Positions 29,703-39,012 of a stretch of DNA of 64,000 nucleotides are shown piece after piece. The notes beneath the pieces were generated by a model. That model was not told the DNA's origin, searched no databases, and saw nothing but the letters and a program-made list of their open reading frames with translations. A program made the translations under genes and the position numbers. Origin of the DNA: an uncultured bacterium (GTDB taxonomy: Bacteria > JAGOEH01); the NCBI GenBank assembly GCA_964632485.1, contig CAZWDO010000004.1, forward strand, positions 186,001 to 250,000, given 5' to 3'. Positions within the stretch are counted from its first letter, which is position 1, and every line of letters begins with the position of its first letter.

Positions 29703-31871
29703 ATGAAAAATAAATTATTAATTTATGGGCTATTGTTTCTTCTAATATTCTTTAGCATTTCATTTGCTATTTTTACCTATTTAATATTGCAATGCCCTCA
29801 ACTTCCCGCTTCAATTCAGGAATTAGGCAACCACCGGGGAATCCGGATATTAGCGGAAAATGGGCAGGTAATCAACAAATCGGAGAGTTCGATCTGGTTG
29901 GAGAAAAATAGAATTTCTCCTCTTTTTTTCCAGGCCTTACTGGCAGTTGAAGATCATCGGTTTTATCATCATCATGGTATCAATTTTATACGATTTTTCC
30001 AGGCAGTTGTTTATTACAGCTTGAAAAAAGCGCATCTCTACCACGGACATGTCGCCGGAGGCAGCACGATTACCCAGCAATTGTCCAAAAATTTATTTTT
30101 AAAAGCGGATCGGAGCGTGAAACGTAAAATTTTGGAACTGATTACAGCGATACATTTAGAGTATCGCTATTCTAAAGATGATATACTGACGACATACGCG
30201 AATATTGTTCATTTGGGTACCAATCGGAATAGTGTTCAGCTTTATGGAATCGAGCAGGCTTCATTAGCTTTTTTCGGCAAATCGTGCAGTCAATTGGAAT
30301 TAAATGAAGCCGCATTGATGGCGGGATTGCTCAAAGCGGGTAGTTATTATAATCCGATTCGCTACCCAAAGCGCGCCAACCAACGCCGGAAAGTAGTTCT
30401 CAAACGTATGTTGGATTGCGGATATATCAATCGCGAACGATATCAGGCTATAATCGAAGAGGATATTGACTTTGGACAAGCCAGCCATGAGAGAAACGGA
30501 GTTGATTATTGTGTTGGTTTTGTGCGGAGCAATGTCCTTAAACGATTCGGCTACGATTTGTTTCAAAATGGCAGTCTGGTTGTTTATACAACCTTTAATT
30601 TAATCACACAGGAATATCTGGCGGATGCGATTCAGAAAAATTTAGTAGAAATTGATCGGAATCTGGGTTTTAAAATTCCGTATGACAGCGCAACACCAGA
30701 AATGAAAAAAAAATATCCCCAGGTAGCGGCCATTGCCGTCTCGGTCCCGGGAGGCGAAATCCGCGCTTTAGCTGGGGGCAGAAATTATTATAACAGTGAT
30801 TTCAATCGCGTCGTCAATGCGTCTCGGCAATTGGGTTCCGCTTTTAAACCACTGAACTATGCCACTGCTTTTAGTGAAGATGTCATTACGCAGTACACAA
30901 CTTTCAAGGATGAACCCATCGTGTATATCTTCAATAGCCAAAAGTGGATTTCAGCCGAAGAGTTCCTGAGTCGGCTGAAATCCTTTTTCCCGGAAGAAGA
31001 TATTCCACTCACCTTTACAGAAGTTGAAAGCTGCCGAGAATGGTTAAATGGTTTCTGGGAATCGATGGAAAATCATCCTGCCATGTCGCAGGAAGCCAAA
31101 GAATGGTTGAATTTTGGGCATTGGCAATTCTATGCGCCCTCGAACGATTCACGTACTTTTAGTTATGAAGAAATTGATTACAAAGAGGCGCTAACCCGCT
31201 CACTCAATACAATCAGTGTTCAAATACTCGCTCAATATAACATGGATCGTTTGGTGGAATTAGCCCGGAGCCTCGGATTTAAAAATATACCGGGAAAAAG
31301 CCTGTCGCTTGCGTTGGGCGCTCTGGACGCAACTCCCTTACAAGTTGCCGGCGCTTATCTGATGTTAGCCGGTAATGGATATTTCACGTACCCTTACGCC
31401 ATCCGAAGAATTCTTGATGGCGAACAGCGGACAATCAACATACCCTATTATTTTCACCAGAAAATTCTTAACAGTTGGGTCGTGTATCAAGTGCGCCAGG
31501 CCATGGAAAATGTCGTTGACCATGGTACCGGCTCTTTTATTCGCCGTTCGGGCTATACCCAAAAAGCGGCGGGAAAAACTGGAACTTCTTCCAATCATAC
31601 CAATGCCTGGTTTTGTGGATTCACTCCCAATTTAGTCTGTATCGTATGGGTTGGTTTTGACGATAACCGGCCGTTGGTTTATCAGGGGAAAAGCTATTAT
31701 GGCGGATCACTGGCATTGCCAATATGGCTCGATTTCATGAAAAATGCCGTTCCCGATAATACAGAACTAAATTTTCAGGAAGTTACTGATGATGATTTTG
31801 ATACATTTTATAAAAATCGGATGTTAAATCCCAGTGATTCATTATTAAAAATTAAAATACGCAATCCATAA
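29703..31871 (+). CDS. Class A penicillin-binding protein (PBP1A family)
   Basis: Transglycosylase EDHRFYHHHG, GGSTITQQL and RKILE; transpeptidase SAFK, SLN and KTGT. Confidence 0.95.
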   Translation: MKNKLLIYGLLFLLIFFSISFAIFTYLILQCPQLPASIQELGNHRGIRILAENGQVINKSESSIWLEKNRISPLFFQALLAVEDHRFYHHHGINFIRFFQAVVYYSLKKAHLYHGHVAGGSTITQQLSKNLFLKADRSVKRKILELITAIHLEYRYSKDDILTTYANIVHLGTNRNSVQLYGIEQASLAFFGKSCSQLELNEAALMAGLLKAGSYYNPIRYPKRANQRRKVVLKRMLDCGYINRERYQAIIEEDIDFGQASHERNGVDYCVGFVRSNVLKRFGYDLFQNGSLVVYTTFNLITQEYLADAIQKNLVEIDRNLGFKIPYDSATPEMKKKYPQVAAIAVSVPGGEIRALAGGRNYYNSDFNRVVNASRQLGSAFKPLNYATAFSEDVITQYTTFKDEPIVYIFNSQKWISAEEFLSRLKSFFPEEDIPLTFTEVESCREWLNGFWESMENHPAMSQEAKEWLNFGHWQFYAPSNDSRTFSYEEIDYKEALTRSLNTISVQILAQYNMDRLVELARSLGFKNIPGKSLSLALGALDATPLQVAGAYLMLAGNGYFTYPYAIRRILDGEQRTINIPYYFHQKILNSWVVYQVRQAMENVVDHGTGSFIRRSGYTQKAAGKTGTSSNHTNAWFCGFTPNLVCIVWVGFDDNRPLVYQGKSYYGGSLALPIWLDFMKNAVPDNTELNFQEVTDDDFDTFYKNRMLNPSDSLLKIKIRNP

Positions 31872-31877
31872 TGCAGA

Positions 31878-31904
31878 CCAGAGAGCGTTGCTGACGCTCT
31901 CTGG
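31878..31904. repeat. Perfect 11-bp stem-loop after the PBP gene
   Basis: CCAGAGAGCGT-tgctg-ACGCTCTCTGG, with no U-tract on either strand. Confidence 0.7.
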
Positions 31905-32284
31905 CTGACAAAGCTTTCAAAAGGCCTTGAAAAAAGGGGGAAGCAAACAATTAACACAAGTGGAAATCGGGTACGCCGCCTGGAGAACCCAATCTCCAAC
32001 TGTTTATATTTGCATTTAACGTGCCGGATTTAGAAGATAGCTTGTGATGAATTTGATTTTATGTTTGATAATTAGAAATATTAACCCCCATATCTGCATT
32101 CTTCTCTGGCTATAAAATTGAATAATAATATATAACATATTGTAAATAGGATAAATAGAGTACCCGTTCCTGTCTAATTTCCGTTTCTTGGGTTGAATCA
32201 GTGTAAGACAGATAGGCTAAAAATTTTTTTTTAAAAACTTTTACAGGTTTTATTTAGGCTTTAAAAATGGTGATATTTTTGGGC

Positions 32285-32338
32285 CCGAGGAAAAAAAATT
32301 AACTCAGCCAAGTAAAAGAGTAAAATTTTTTTACTCGG
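32285..32338. repeat. Imperfect ~21-bp inverted repeat downstream of the tRNA (possible terminator)
   Basis: CCGAGGAAAAAAAATTAACTC ... GAGTAAAATTTTTTTACTCGG. Confidence 0.5.
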
Positions 32339-32410
32339 ACAGGCGAGTATTTTTTTTTATATAGCGATTCTAATTGACAATTGAATCGAATTTGCTTATT
32401 TTATGGGGGT

Positions 32411-32494
32411 TGCCGAAGAGGGGATTCGAACCCCTACTCACTTGCGTGAACTGGACCCTGAACCCAGCGTGTCTGCCAGTTTCACCACTTCGGC
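32411..32494 (-). tRNA. tRNA-Leu (anticodon CAG), CCA not encoded
   Basis: Minus strand GCCGAAG...CTTCGGC-A acceptor stem, D-loop TGGCAGAC, anticodon arm CTGGG-TTCAGGG-TCCAG, long variable arm and T-arm GGGG-TTCGAAT-CCCC. Confidence 0.97.
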
Positions 32495-32506
32495 AATTGA
32501 ATCGCT

Positions 32507-32535
32507 ATTATAAGCAATTTTTTCCAAGAAGTCAA
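32507..32535 (-). promoter_or_regulatory. Sigma70 promoter of tRNA-Leu
   Basis: Minus strand TTGACT-17 bp-TATAAT, ending 12 bp before the tRNA 5' end. Confidence 0.75.
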
Positions 32536-32572
32536 TAGGATTTCCTAAAAAAAAATTAAAAGGAGTGAATTT

Positions 32573-33046
32573 ATGTCGAATACTGATAAAAAAGATCTAT
32601 TCCGCAAGATTTTGACTAATAAACGGGCGTTTTATGATTTTGAGATCATTGAGCGTTTCGAGGGAGGGATCGTTTTAATGGGCACTGAGATCAAGTCTAT
32701 TCGCAACGGCCAGACCAGTTTTAAAGACAGCTATATTGATGTAGTTAAAGGAGAATTGTTTGTACTCAACTGGATGATTAATCCCTATGACAAAGGGGGA
32801 TATGTCAACCATGAACCTGAGCGGCCGAAGAAGCTTCTCTTGCATAAAAAAGAAATAACACGTTTAGCAGCAAAAATATTGCAAAAGGGCTTGACTTTAA
32901 TCCCACTTTCGTTATATTTTAAAGGTCAACACTTAAAGATGGAGATTGCCTTAGCCAGTGGTAAAAAGCAGTATGATAAACGCGATGCAATTACCCGTCG
33001 TGAAGCGCAGCGGGAAATGGAACGCGCTTTTAAACATAACCGGTAA
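32573..33046 (+). CDS. smpB: SsrA-binding protein
   Basis: NKRAFYDF, GIVLMGTEIKSIR, NHEPERPKKLLLHKKEI and GKKQYDKR. Confidence 0.97.
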   Translation: MSNTDKKDLFRKILTNKRAFYDFEIIERFEGGIVLMGTEIKSIRNGQTSFKDSYIDVVKGELFVLNWMINPYDKGGYVNHEPERPKKLLLHKKEITRLAAKILQKGLTLIPLSLYFKGQHLKMEIALASGKKQYDKRDAITRREAQREMERAFKHNR

Positions 33047-34562
33047 GTGCTTTTTTATATTAACACTTTGGACGGTTCTCCTGCAAGCGAGAACAAGAGT
33101 CAAAGTGGGGTCGGAAACCGTTCAGTTGGAGATGATACCAGTTGATGGAATCGAATATATTGCCTGTGATCAAATTATTACGGTTTTGGGACCTTTCCAA
33201 AAAATATTCAGTACAGAAAATCAAAAAATAGTGTACCATTGGGAGAATCATGAACTGGTTACTGCCTGGGGGCTTTATTTTTATCGGCTCGATTCTCAGT
33301 CGTTTACCACACTTTATCCCATTCAGTTGCAAAATGGACGGATTTTAGTAGCGCTTCGTGATTTCAAGACGTTTACCCATCATCTATGGCATGAATGGCA
33401 ATTGACACTTCCACTGGAATTTCTGAGTGAGCAAGTTAACCCGAATGCCCCGCTGGAAATAAGGTCCGTAACTCTGGAAAAGAAATTAAATGGTTTTTTG
33501 CTTCAAATTGAAGCGAATCGCCCTTTTCGTGAGCAAAAGGATTTTGACTATTCTCTAAGTGAAAGCTATTGGATTAATTTTAATTTCTTTAAGGCGCAGA
33601 CAAAATTGAGCGAGGGAGTTTTAAAAAAATCAATCGATGAACCGGTAGTAAGCATCCGCATGTATGATTTCAATCAATCGCTGCAATTATCCCTGCGATT
33701 TCGATTTCTCCTGGAAAATATTCAATTAAAAAATGATAGTTTGCATAATCGATTGATGCTGATTTTACGTCAACCGGCAGACTCAATTCCAATGACATAC
33801 ATGGACATTACTTCGGACGACAGTTTGTCGTCCCAACCGATAGACACCAGTTCAATCCTTCAGCGGCATGGAGATATCAAACGGATCATCATTGATGCCG
33901 GTCATGGCGGCGACGATCCAGGCGCTTTGGGGCGTTTGAACACCCAGGAGAAAAATATAGTACTTGATATAGCCCTCCGCTTAAAAAAATTATTGGACCA
34001 GGAAAACGTTTATGAAGTCATTCTGACCCGAAACCGCGACGAGTTTGTGGCGCTTGACAAACGGCGACGTATTGCGAACAGCAGTGGCGGGGATTTGTTT
34101 GTCAGTATTCATTGCAATAGTGTCGGGGGCGCTCGGCGTAACTCTGCCCGTGGGATAGAAACTTATTTTTTGAGTATGGAAAAAACGGATGAAGCGCGTG
34201 AAACGGCAAAACTGGAAAACAGTGTGATTATTTTTGAGTCCGAAAGCGACCAGGTTCTGCATACGGATACACTTAAAAATATTGTTTTTGATATGCTGCA
34301 TAACTCTTATCTGCGCGAAAGCAGTGACTTGGCCAATATTATACTGGAGGAACTGGGTAAAAGCGTTCCCTCCGTTCCCCGCAAAGTGGATCAGGCCGGA
34401 TTTTTAATACTGAAAGGGATTTATATGCCAGCGATACTGGTTGAAGTTGGATTTATTTCCAATCTGGAAGAAGAACGCAATTTACTTAAAGCCAATTACC
34501 TTGGACAAATCGCCTTGGGATTGAAGCGGGGTATTGCGCGTTTTATCAACCGCTATCATTAA
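32958..34562 (+). CDS. N-acetylmuramoyl-L-alanine amidase (Amidase_3, AmiC-like); true start uncertain and probably downstream
   Basis: IIIDAGHGGDDPGA, EKNIVL, FVSIHCNS and PAILVEVGFISN; N-terminal signal-like segment. Confidence 0.9.
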   Translation: MVKSSMINAMQLPVVKRSGKWNALLNITGKCFFILTLWTVLLQARTRVKVGSETVQLEMIPVDGIEYIACDQIITVLGPFQKIFSTENQKIVYHWENHELVTAWGLYFYRLDSQSFTTLYPIQLQNGRILVALRDFKTFTHHLWHEWQLTLPLEFLSEQVNPNAPLEIRSVTLEKKLNGFLLQIEANRPFREQKDFDYSLSESYWINFNFFKAQTKLSEGVLKKSIDEPVVSIRMYDFNQSLQLSLRFRFLLENIQLKNDSLHNRLMLILRQPADSIPMTYMDITSDDSLSSQPIDTSSILQRHGDIKRIIIDAGHGGDDPGALGRLNTQEKNIVLDIALRLKKLLDQENVYEVILTRNRDEFVALDKRRRIANSSGGDLFVSIHCNSVGGARRNSARGIETYFLSMEKTDEARETAKLENSVIIFESESDQVLHTDTLKNIVFDMLHNSYLRESSDLANIILEELGKSVPSVPRKVDQAGFLILKGIYMPAILVEVGFISNLEEERNLLKANYLGQIALGLKRGIARFINRYH

Positions 34563-34575
34563 GGAACAAAAAAGA

Positions 34576-35415
34576 ATGAGTTGTGAAAAATGCTATGACC
34601 GCGGATATTATATTGCTGAGACGGGCGGGCCTCAGTCGCAACGCGCGCTTTCTCTTTGCGAATGCGTACGGGAACGGTGCCGTTGTAATGGTGAATTTCC
34701 ATATCTCTATTACCAGAATCATATTGCCATTCAGTGCGAGTGCGCTCACTTCCGAAATAAATTCGCTCAGGTTGCCCGAGCCTATCAACTGGCCAATATC
34801 CCTAAAAAATATCAATTTAAATATCTACCCGATTTTAAGGCGGAACCCAATACTCCGTTAGAAAATGTGAAGACGATTGCAAACTACATGATAAAAGATT
34901 ACCTTCCGAGCGCCACCCGGACTGGTTTATTTCTTTGCGGAGGCGTAGGCAACGGGAAAACACTTCTATGTTGTATCATTCTCAATGAATTGATTTTTCA
35001 TTATGCCATCTCCGCCCGCTATATGAATTTATCCTACCAATATTTTCACCGTATCCGGGATACTTTCACAGAAGGGAGTGAAACTTATGGCAAAGCCATG
35101 AGTTTTATGGAGGATTTTGTTAATCAGAATCTGTTGCTGATTGATGATATGGGTGTGCAACGCAATACGGATTGGGAAATGGAAATGTTATACAATTTAA
35201 TTGATCGGCGCTATCAGGAGGAACGCATCACCCTGATCACGACTAATCAGAATCTGGAACAGATGAAGGATTTGTTTGACGGCCGTATTTTTTCTCGTAT
35301 TAAGGAAATGTGTACGATTGTCGAGTTGCAGGCTGGAGATTATCGGGAGTCGTTGGCTACCAAAACATTCACAATTAAGGATGATCATGAACCGCTCAAA
35401 CGGAAGAAAAAATAA
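34576..35415 (+). CDS. DnaC/DnaI/IstB-like AAA+ ATPase with Cys-rich N-terminus
   Basis: CEKC...CEC...CRC...CEC, Walker A GGVGNGKT, Walker B LLIDDMG, ITTN and RIFSRIKEMC. Confidence 0.85.
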   Translation: MSCEKCYDRGYYIAETGGPQSQRALSLCECVRERCRCNGEFPYLYYQNHIAIQCECAHFRNKFAQVARAYQLANIPKKYQFKYLPDFKAEPNTPLENVKTIANYMIKDYLPSATRTGLFLCGGVGNGKTLLCCIILNELIFHYAISARYMNLSYQYFHRIRDTFTEGSETYGKAMSFMEDFVNQNLLLIDDMGVQRNTDWEMEMLYNLIDRRYQEERITLITTNQNLEQMKDLFDGRIFSRIKEMCTIVELQAGDYRESLATKTFTIKDDHEPLKRKKK

Positions 35416-36103
35416 TGAATTGCGGCCGATCCGGTTTGAAGTTGATTTTATGAAATTTGCTCAAAGTTCGGTATTGAGCTGTTATGGCGATACGCGGGTT
35501 ATTGTGAGCGCTACCCTGGAGAATGATGTCCCTGCTTTTTTGAAAGAGCGCGAGGAAGGGTGGATCACTGCCGAGTACGGATTGTTGCCGGCTAGTTGCG
35601 GCAAACGCATTCAACGTCCGGTCAAAGGTATCGACGGACGATCCCAGGAGATTCAACGATTAATTGGACGGACGTTGCGAGTGGTGGTTGATCGGAAATT
35701 GTTTCCGGGTTGTTCAATTGTCATTGACTGCGATGTTTTGCAAGGGGACGGAGGAACTCGCACGGCTGCCATTTCGGGTAGTATTTTGGCTGTGCGCCGG
35801 TTATTTGATTCACTTCTTAAAAAAGGCGAGATCAGTGAACATCCGGCGCGGACACTTTTAGGGGCGGTTAGCGTGGGTATCGTCAACGGCAATATTCTTC
35901 TCGATCTGGACTATAGTGAAGACTCACAAGCTGAAGTGGATATGAATTTAGTCATGACGGAGAAAGGCGAGTGGATTGAGCTACAGGGAACCGCTGAAAA
36001 ACAACCGTTTAGCCACCAGCAATTATCCGGTATGCTCGATTTCGGAGAGCAAGGAATTAAGGAAATTATGGAAATTCAACGTCAAGTATTAACCTGTTGT
36101 TAA
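35387..36103 (+). CDS. rph: Ribonuclease PH
   Basis: RSNGRKNNELRP, GWITAEYGLLP, GRSQEIQRLIGR, DGGTRTAAISG and LDLDYSEDS. Confidence 0.96.
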   Translation: MNRSNGRKNNELRPIRFEVDFMKFAQSSVLSCYGDTRVIVSATLENDVPAFLKEREEGWITAEYGLLPASCGKRIQRPVKGIDGRSQEIQRLIGRTLRVVVDRKLFPGCSIVIDCDVLQGDGGTRTAAISGSILAVRRLFDSLLKKGEISEHPARTLLGAVSVGIVNGNILLDLDYSEDSQAEVDMNLVMTEKGEWIELQGTAEKQPFSHQQLSGMLDFGEQGIKEIMEIQRQVLTCC

Positions 36104-36114
36104 GGAGAATATTT

Positions 36115-36381
36115 ATGGTGCAAAAGAAGAAAGCGATGGCTACTGAGGAACTGGATTTGCTCTATGAGAGTGAAACGATCTATATTTACCGTAACTGGTG
36201 CAAGGGTTGCGGAATATGTATCGCCTTTTGTCCAAAACAAGTATTAGCTGCCGGCCCGGACGGTAAAGTTTATATCGCCCACCCGGAAAAGTGTATTTCG
36301 TGTGGGATGTGTGATATTCGATGTCCCGATTTCGCCATCACGGGACTTCGTAAGGATCAATCCGGAAAAAAACATTTTTAA
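36115..36381 (+). CDS. korD: 2x[4Fe-4S] ferredoxin, 2-oxoacid:ferredoxin oxidoreductase delta subunit
   Basis: CKGCGICIAFCP and CISCGMCDIRCP; first gene of the OFOR cluster. Confidence 0.88.
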   Translation: MVQKKKAMATEELDLLYESETIYIYRNWCKGCGICIAFCPKQVLAAGPDGKVYIAHPEKCISCGMCDIRCPDFAITGLRKDQSGKKHF

Positions 36382-36392
36382 GGAGATAAACA

Positions 36393-37526
36393 GTGAATGG
36401 AGAAAGCAGACTCATTCAAGGCAATGAAGCATGTTCAATAGGCGCTTTGATTGCCGGTGTGCGGTTTTATGCGGGATATCCGATTACGCCGTCGACTGAA
36501 ATTGCGGAATATCTGGCCCGGGAATTACCCAAACAAAACGGTGTGTTTATTCAAATGGAAGATGAAATTGCCAGTATTTGCGCATTAATTGGGGCGTCTT
36601 TGGCCGGATATAAATCGCTGACAGCCACCAGTGGTCCGGGTTTTTCCCTGATGCAGGAAGGAATTGGCTATGCCTGTATGACGGAAGTCCCCTGTGTGAT
36701 TATCAATGTGATGAGGGGTGGGCCCAGCACCGGCTTGCCCACGAATGTTGCCCAGGGTGATGTGATGCAAGCCCGTTGGGGAACTCACGGGGATCACGAA
36801 ATTATCGTTTTGTGTCCCAATTCGGTCTATGAATGTCTGACAATGACCGTCCGCGCGTTTAATCTGGCGGAAAAATACCGAATTCCGGTGATCGTACTGC
36901 TTGATGAAGTTATTGGGCACATGCGTGAGAATATTGTCATTCCCAAAGAAGAAGAAATTGAGGTAATCGACCGCGTCCAGCCGACTGTCCCCCCTGAATG
37001 GTATAAGCATTTTGAATTGACGCCGACGGGGGTTTCTCCCATGGCTAATATCGGTGAAGGCGTTCGTTATCATGTAACGGGTTTAGCGCATGATGAACTG
37101 GGTTTCCCCGAAAGCCGCCCCAATTTTATCGCGGCTATGTTGGATAAAATGCATAATAAAATAGAGCATCATCGGCGTGATATTGTTGAGATTGAAGAAT
37201 TTATGATGGAAGATGCGACGTGCGCCATCGTTGCTTATGGATCTGTCTCGCGCGCGGCGGAAAAAGCCGTACTCATGGCCCGTAAAAAACGTATCAAAGC
37301 CGGACTGGTCCGTCTGAAAACGATCTGGCCATTTCCGGATCACCAGATCGGATCTGCTATTAAGGACCTGGAGGTAGTCTTGGTCCCTGAACTGAATATG
37401 GGGCAGGTCGTTAATGAAATCGTCCGTGTTTCGACCCATTCCACTCGAGTCTACGGATTGAGTCGTATTGATGGCGAATTGATTACACCAATTCAAATTT
37501 TAGACCGTTTACGCGAGGTGAAATAA
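36393..37526 (+). CDS. korA: 2-oxoacid:ferredoxin oxidoreductase alpha subunit
   Basis: GYPITPSTE, QMEDEIAS, TATSGPGFSLMQE and RGGPSTGLPT. Substrate cannot be determined. Confidence 0.93.
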   Translation: MNGESRLIQGNEACSIGALIAGVRFYAGYPITPSTEIAEYLARELPKQNGVFIQMEDEIASICALIGASLAGYKSLTATSGPGFSLMQEGIGYACMTEVPCVIINVMRGGPSTGLPTNVAQGDVMQARWGTHGDHEIIVLCPNSVYECLTMTVRAFNLAEKYRIPVIVLLDEVIGHMRENIVIPKEEEIEVIDRVQPTVPPEWYKHFELTPTGVSPMANIGEGVRYHVTGLAHDELGFPESRPNFIAAMLDKMHNKIEHHRRDIVEIEEFMMEDATCAIVAYGSVSRAAEKAVLMARKKRIKAGLVRLKTIWPFPDHQIGSAIKDLEVVLVPELNMGQVVNEIVRVSTHSTRVYGLSRIDGELITPIQILDRLREVK

Positions 37527-38416
37527 TGGCTATCCAATCATTGAAAACAATCCATAAATATTTGCGGCATAACAAAAAATTTCCTCACGTCTGGTGCGCG
37601 GGTTGCGGCAATGGCATAGTGCTGGGGGCTATTATCCGGGCCATCAGCACATTGGATATCGGGAAAGATGATATCGTCATGGTTTCCGGTATCGGCTGTT
37701 CTTCCCGTATGCCGGTTTATGTGGATTTTAATACCGTTCATACCCTGCATGGCCGGGCATTGCCTTTCGCTACCGGCATTAAATTAGTGAAACCGGGGAA
37801 ACATGTAATTGTTATCACCGGCGATGGGGATTGCCTCGCCATCGGCGGCAACCATTTTATCCATGCTTGCCGGCGTAATATTGATATTACTACTATTATT
37901 ATCAATAATAGCACCTATGGTATGACGGGCGGGCAGTTTTCTCCCACGACTCCTGAAGGGAAAAAAGGTACGACTGCTCCCTATGGCAATTATGAAGCTT
38001 CTTTCAACATTGCGGATTTATCGATTGCTGCCGGTGCCAGTTTCGTGGGACGCGGCGCGGTCTATTATGCTACCCAATTGAAGGATACGATTCAGGAAGC
38101 GATCCAGCATAAGGGTTTTTCCGTAGTGGAAGTTATTTCGCAATGTCATACTCTCTATGGACGCCAAAACAAGGAAGGCGGCGCCGTGGAGATGATGAAA
38201 TGGCAGAAAGAACACGCCGTTAATGTCAAGGCGGCCGATAAAATGACGGAAGAACAAATATCCGGCAAGTTCAGGATCGGTACGCTGCATCGTGTTGAAA
38301 GCGTTGAATATACAGCAAAGTATGGTCAATTGCTGGAAAAACTCAGCAATAAACCCATGGCTCCCAAACCGGTTGAAAAGGAAGAGATTCAGGATGAAAA
38401 ACAACAAGAAGAATGA
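37526..38416 (+). CDS. korB: 2-oxoacid:ferredoxin oxidoreductase beta subunit
   Basis: WCAGCG, SGIGCSSR, HGRA and TPP motif GDGD...NN, then YGMTGGQ. Confidence 0.93.
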   Translation: MAIQSLKTIHKYLRHNKKFPHVWCAGCGNGIVLGAIIRAISTLDIGKDDIVMVSGIGCSSRMPVYVDFNTVHTLHGRALPFATGIKLVKPGKHVIVITGDGDCLAIGGNHFIHACRRNIDITTIIINNSTYGMTGGQFSPTTPEGKKGTTAPYGNYEASFNIADLSIAAGASFVGRGAVYYATQLKDTIQEAIQHKGFSVVEVISQCHTLYGRQNKEGGAVEMMKWQKEHAVNVKAADKMTEEQISGKFRIGTLHRVESVEYTAKYGQLLEKLSNKPMAPKPVEKEEIQDEKQQEE

Positions 38417-38999
38417 TACCGCTGTCATTGATACGTATTATGAAATCCGTTTGAGTGGTTCCGGCGGACAAGGGCTGATTCTGGCCGGTATTATTCTGGC
38501 CGAAGCCGCTGTTTTAGATGGTTTCAATGTGGCTCAAACCCAAAGTTATGGCCCTGAGGCCCGGGGTGGAGCCAGCCGTTCCGATGTTGTCATCAGTAAT
38601 CAGAAAATTTTTTACCCCAAAACGAAAAATCTGGACCTACTGCTGGCTCTGAACCAGGCTTCGTGCGATAAGTACTTCTTTGATTTGAAATCCAAAGGCA
38701 TTCTGATTTTGGATACAACCAACATTTCCAATGTACCCACCTCGTTGGCTTTTGCCTACCCGATCTCAGAATATGCCCGTGATAAATTTAATAATCCCAT
38801 CGTCGCGAATATCATTTCATTGGGCATTATCCAGGGGTTAACCGGCATTGTCCAAAAAAAATCGATGCTCATGGCTATCACTAATCGCGTACCCGCTCAA
38901 ACTCATGATTTGAATACCCGAGCCGTTAAATTCGGTATGGAACTGGGTATGAAAGACGCCGCCCGAGCTATGGATATGCTCAATAATCTAAATGAATAA
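38394..38999 (+). CDS. korC: 2-oxoacid:ferredoxin oxidoreductase gamma subunit
   Basis: SGSGGQGLIL and QSYGPEARGGASRSDV. Confidence 0.92.
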   Translation: MKNNKKNDTAVIDTYYEIRLSGSGGQGLILAGIILAEAAVLDGFNVAQTQSYGPEARGGASRSDVVISNQKIFYPKTKNLDLLLALNQASCDKYFFDLKSKGILILDTTNISNVPTSLAFAYPISEYARDKFNNPIVANIISLGIIQGLTGIVQKKSMLMAITNRVPAQTHDLNTRAVKFGMELGMKDAARAMDMLNNLNE

Positions 39000-39012
39000 A
39001 AGGAGGAATGTC

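Noticed and set aside
31960-31990. ZTP riboswitch (GCCGCCTGG)
   Set aside because: The 5' conserved half is missing and there is no suitable downstream gene.
23764-32220. ACAGATAGGCTAA present at 23764 and 32208
   Set aside because: A single 13-bp match is expected by chance in 64 kb, the flanks do not align, and the enclosed genes are housekeeping.
31871-32411. Integrated element at the tRNA-Leu 3' end
   Set aside because: No integrase and no duplicated tRNA 3' end noticed; the next gene is core PBP1A.
34576-35415. IS21 element suggested by the IstB-like ATPase
   Set aside because: No istA or terminal inverted repeats, and the gene is coupled to housekeeping neighbours.
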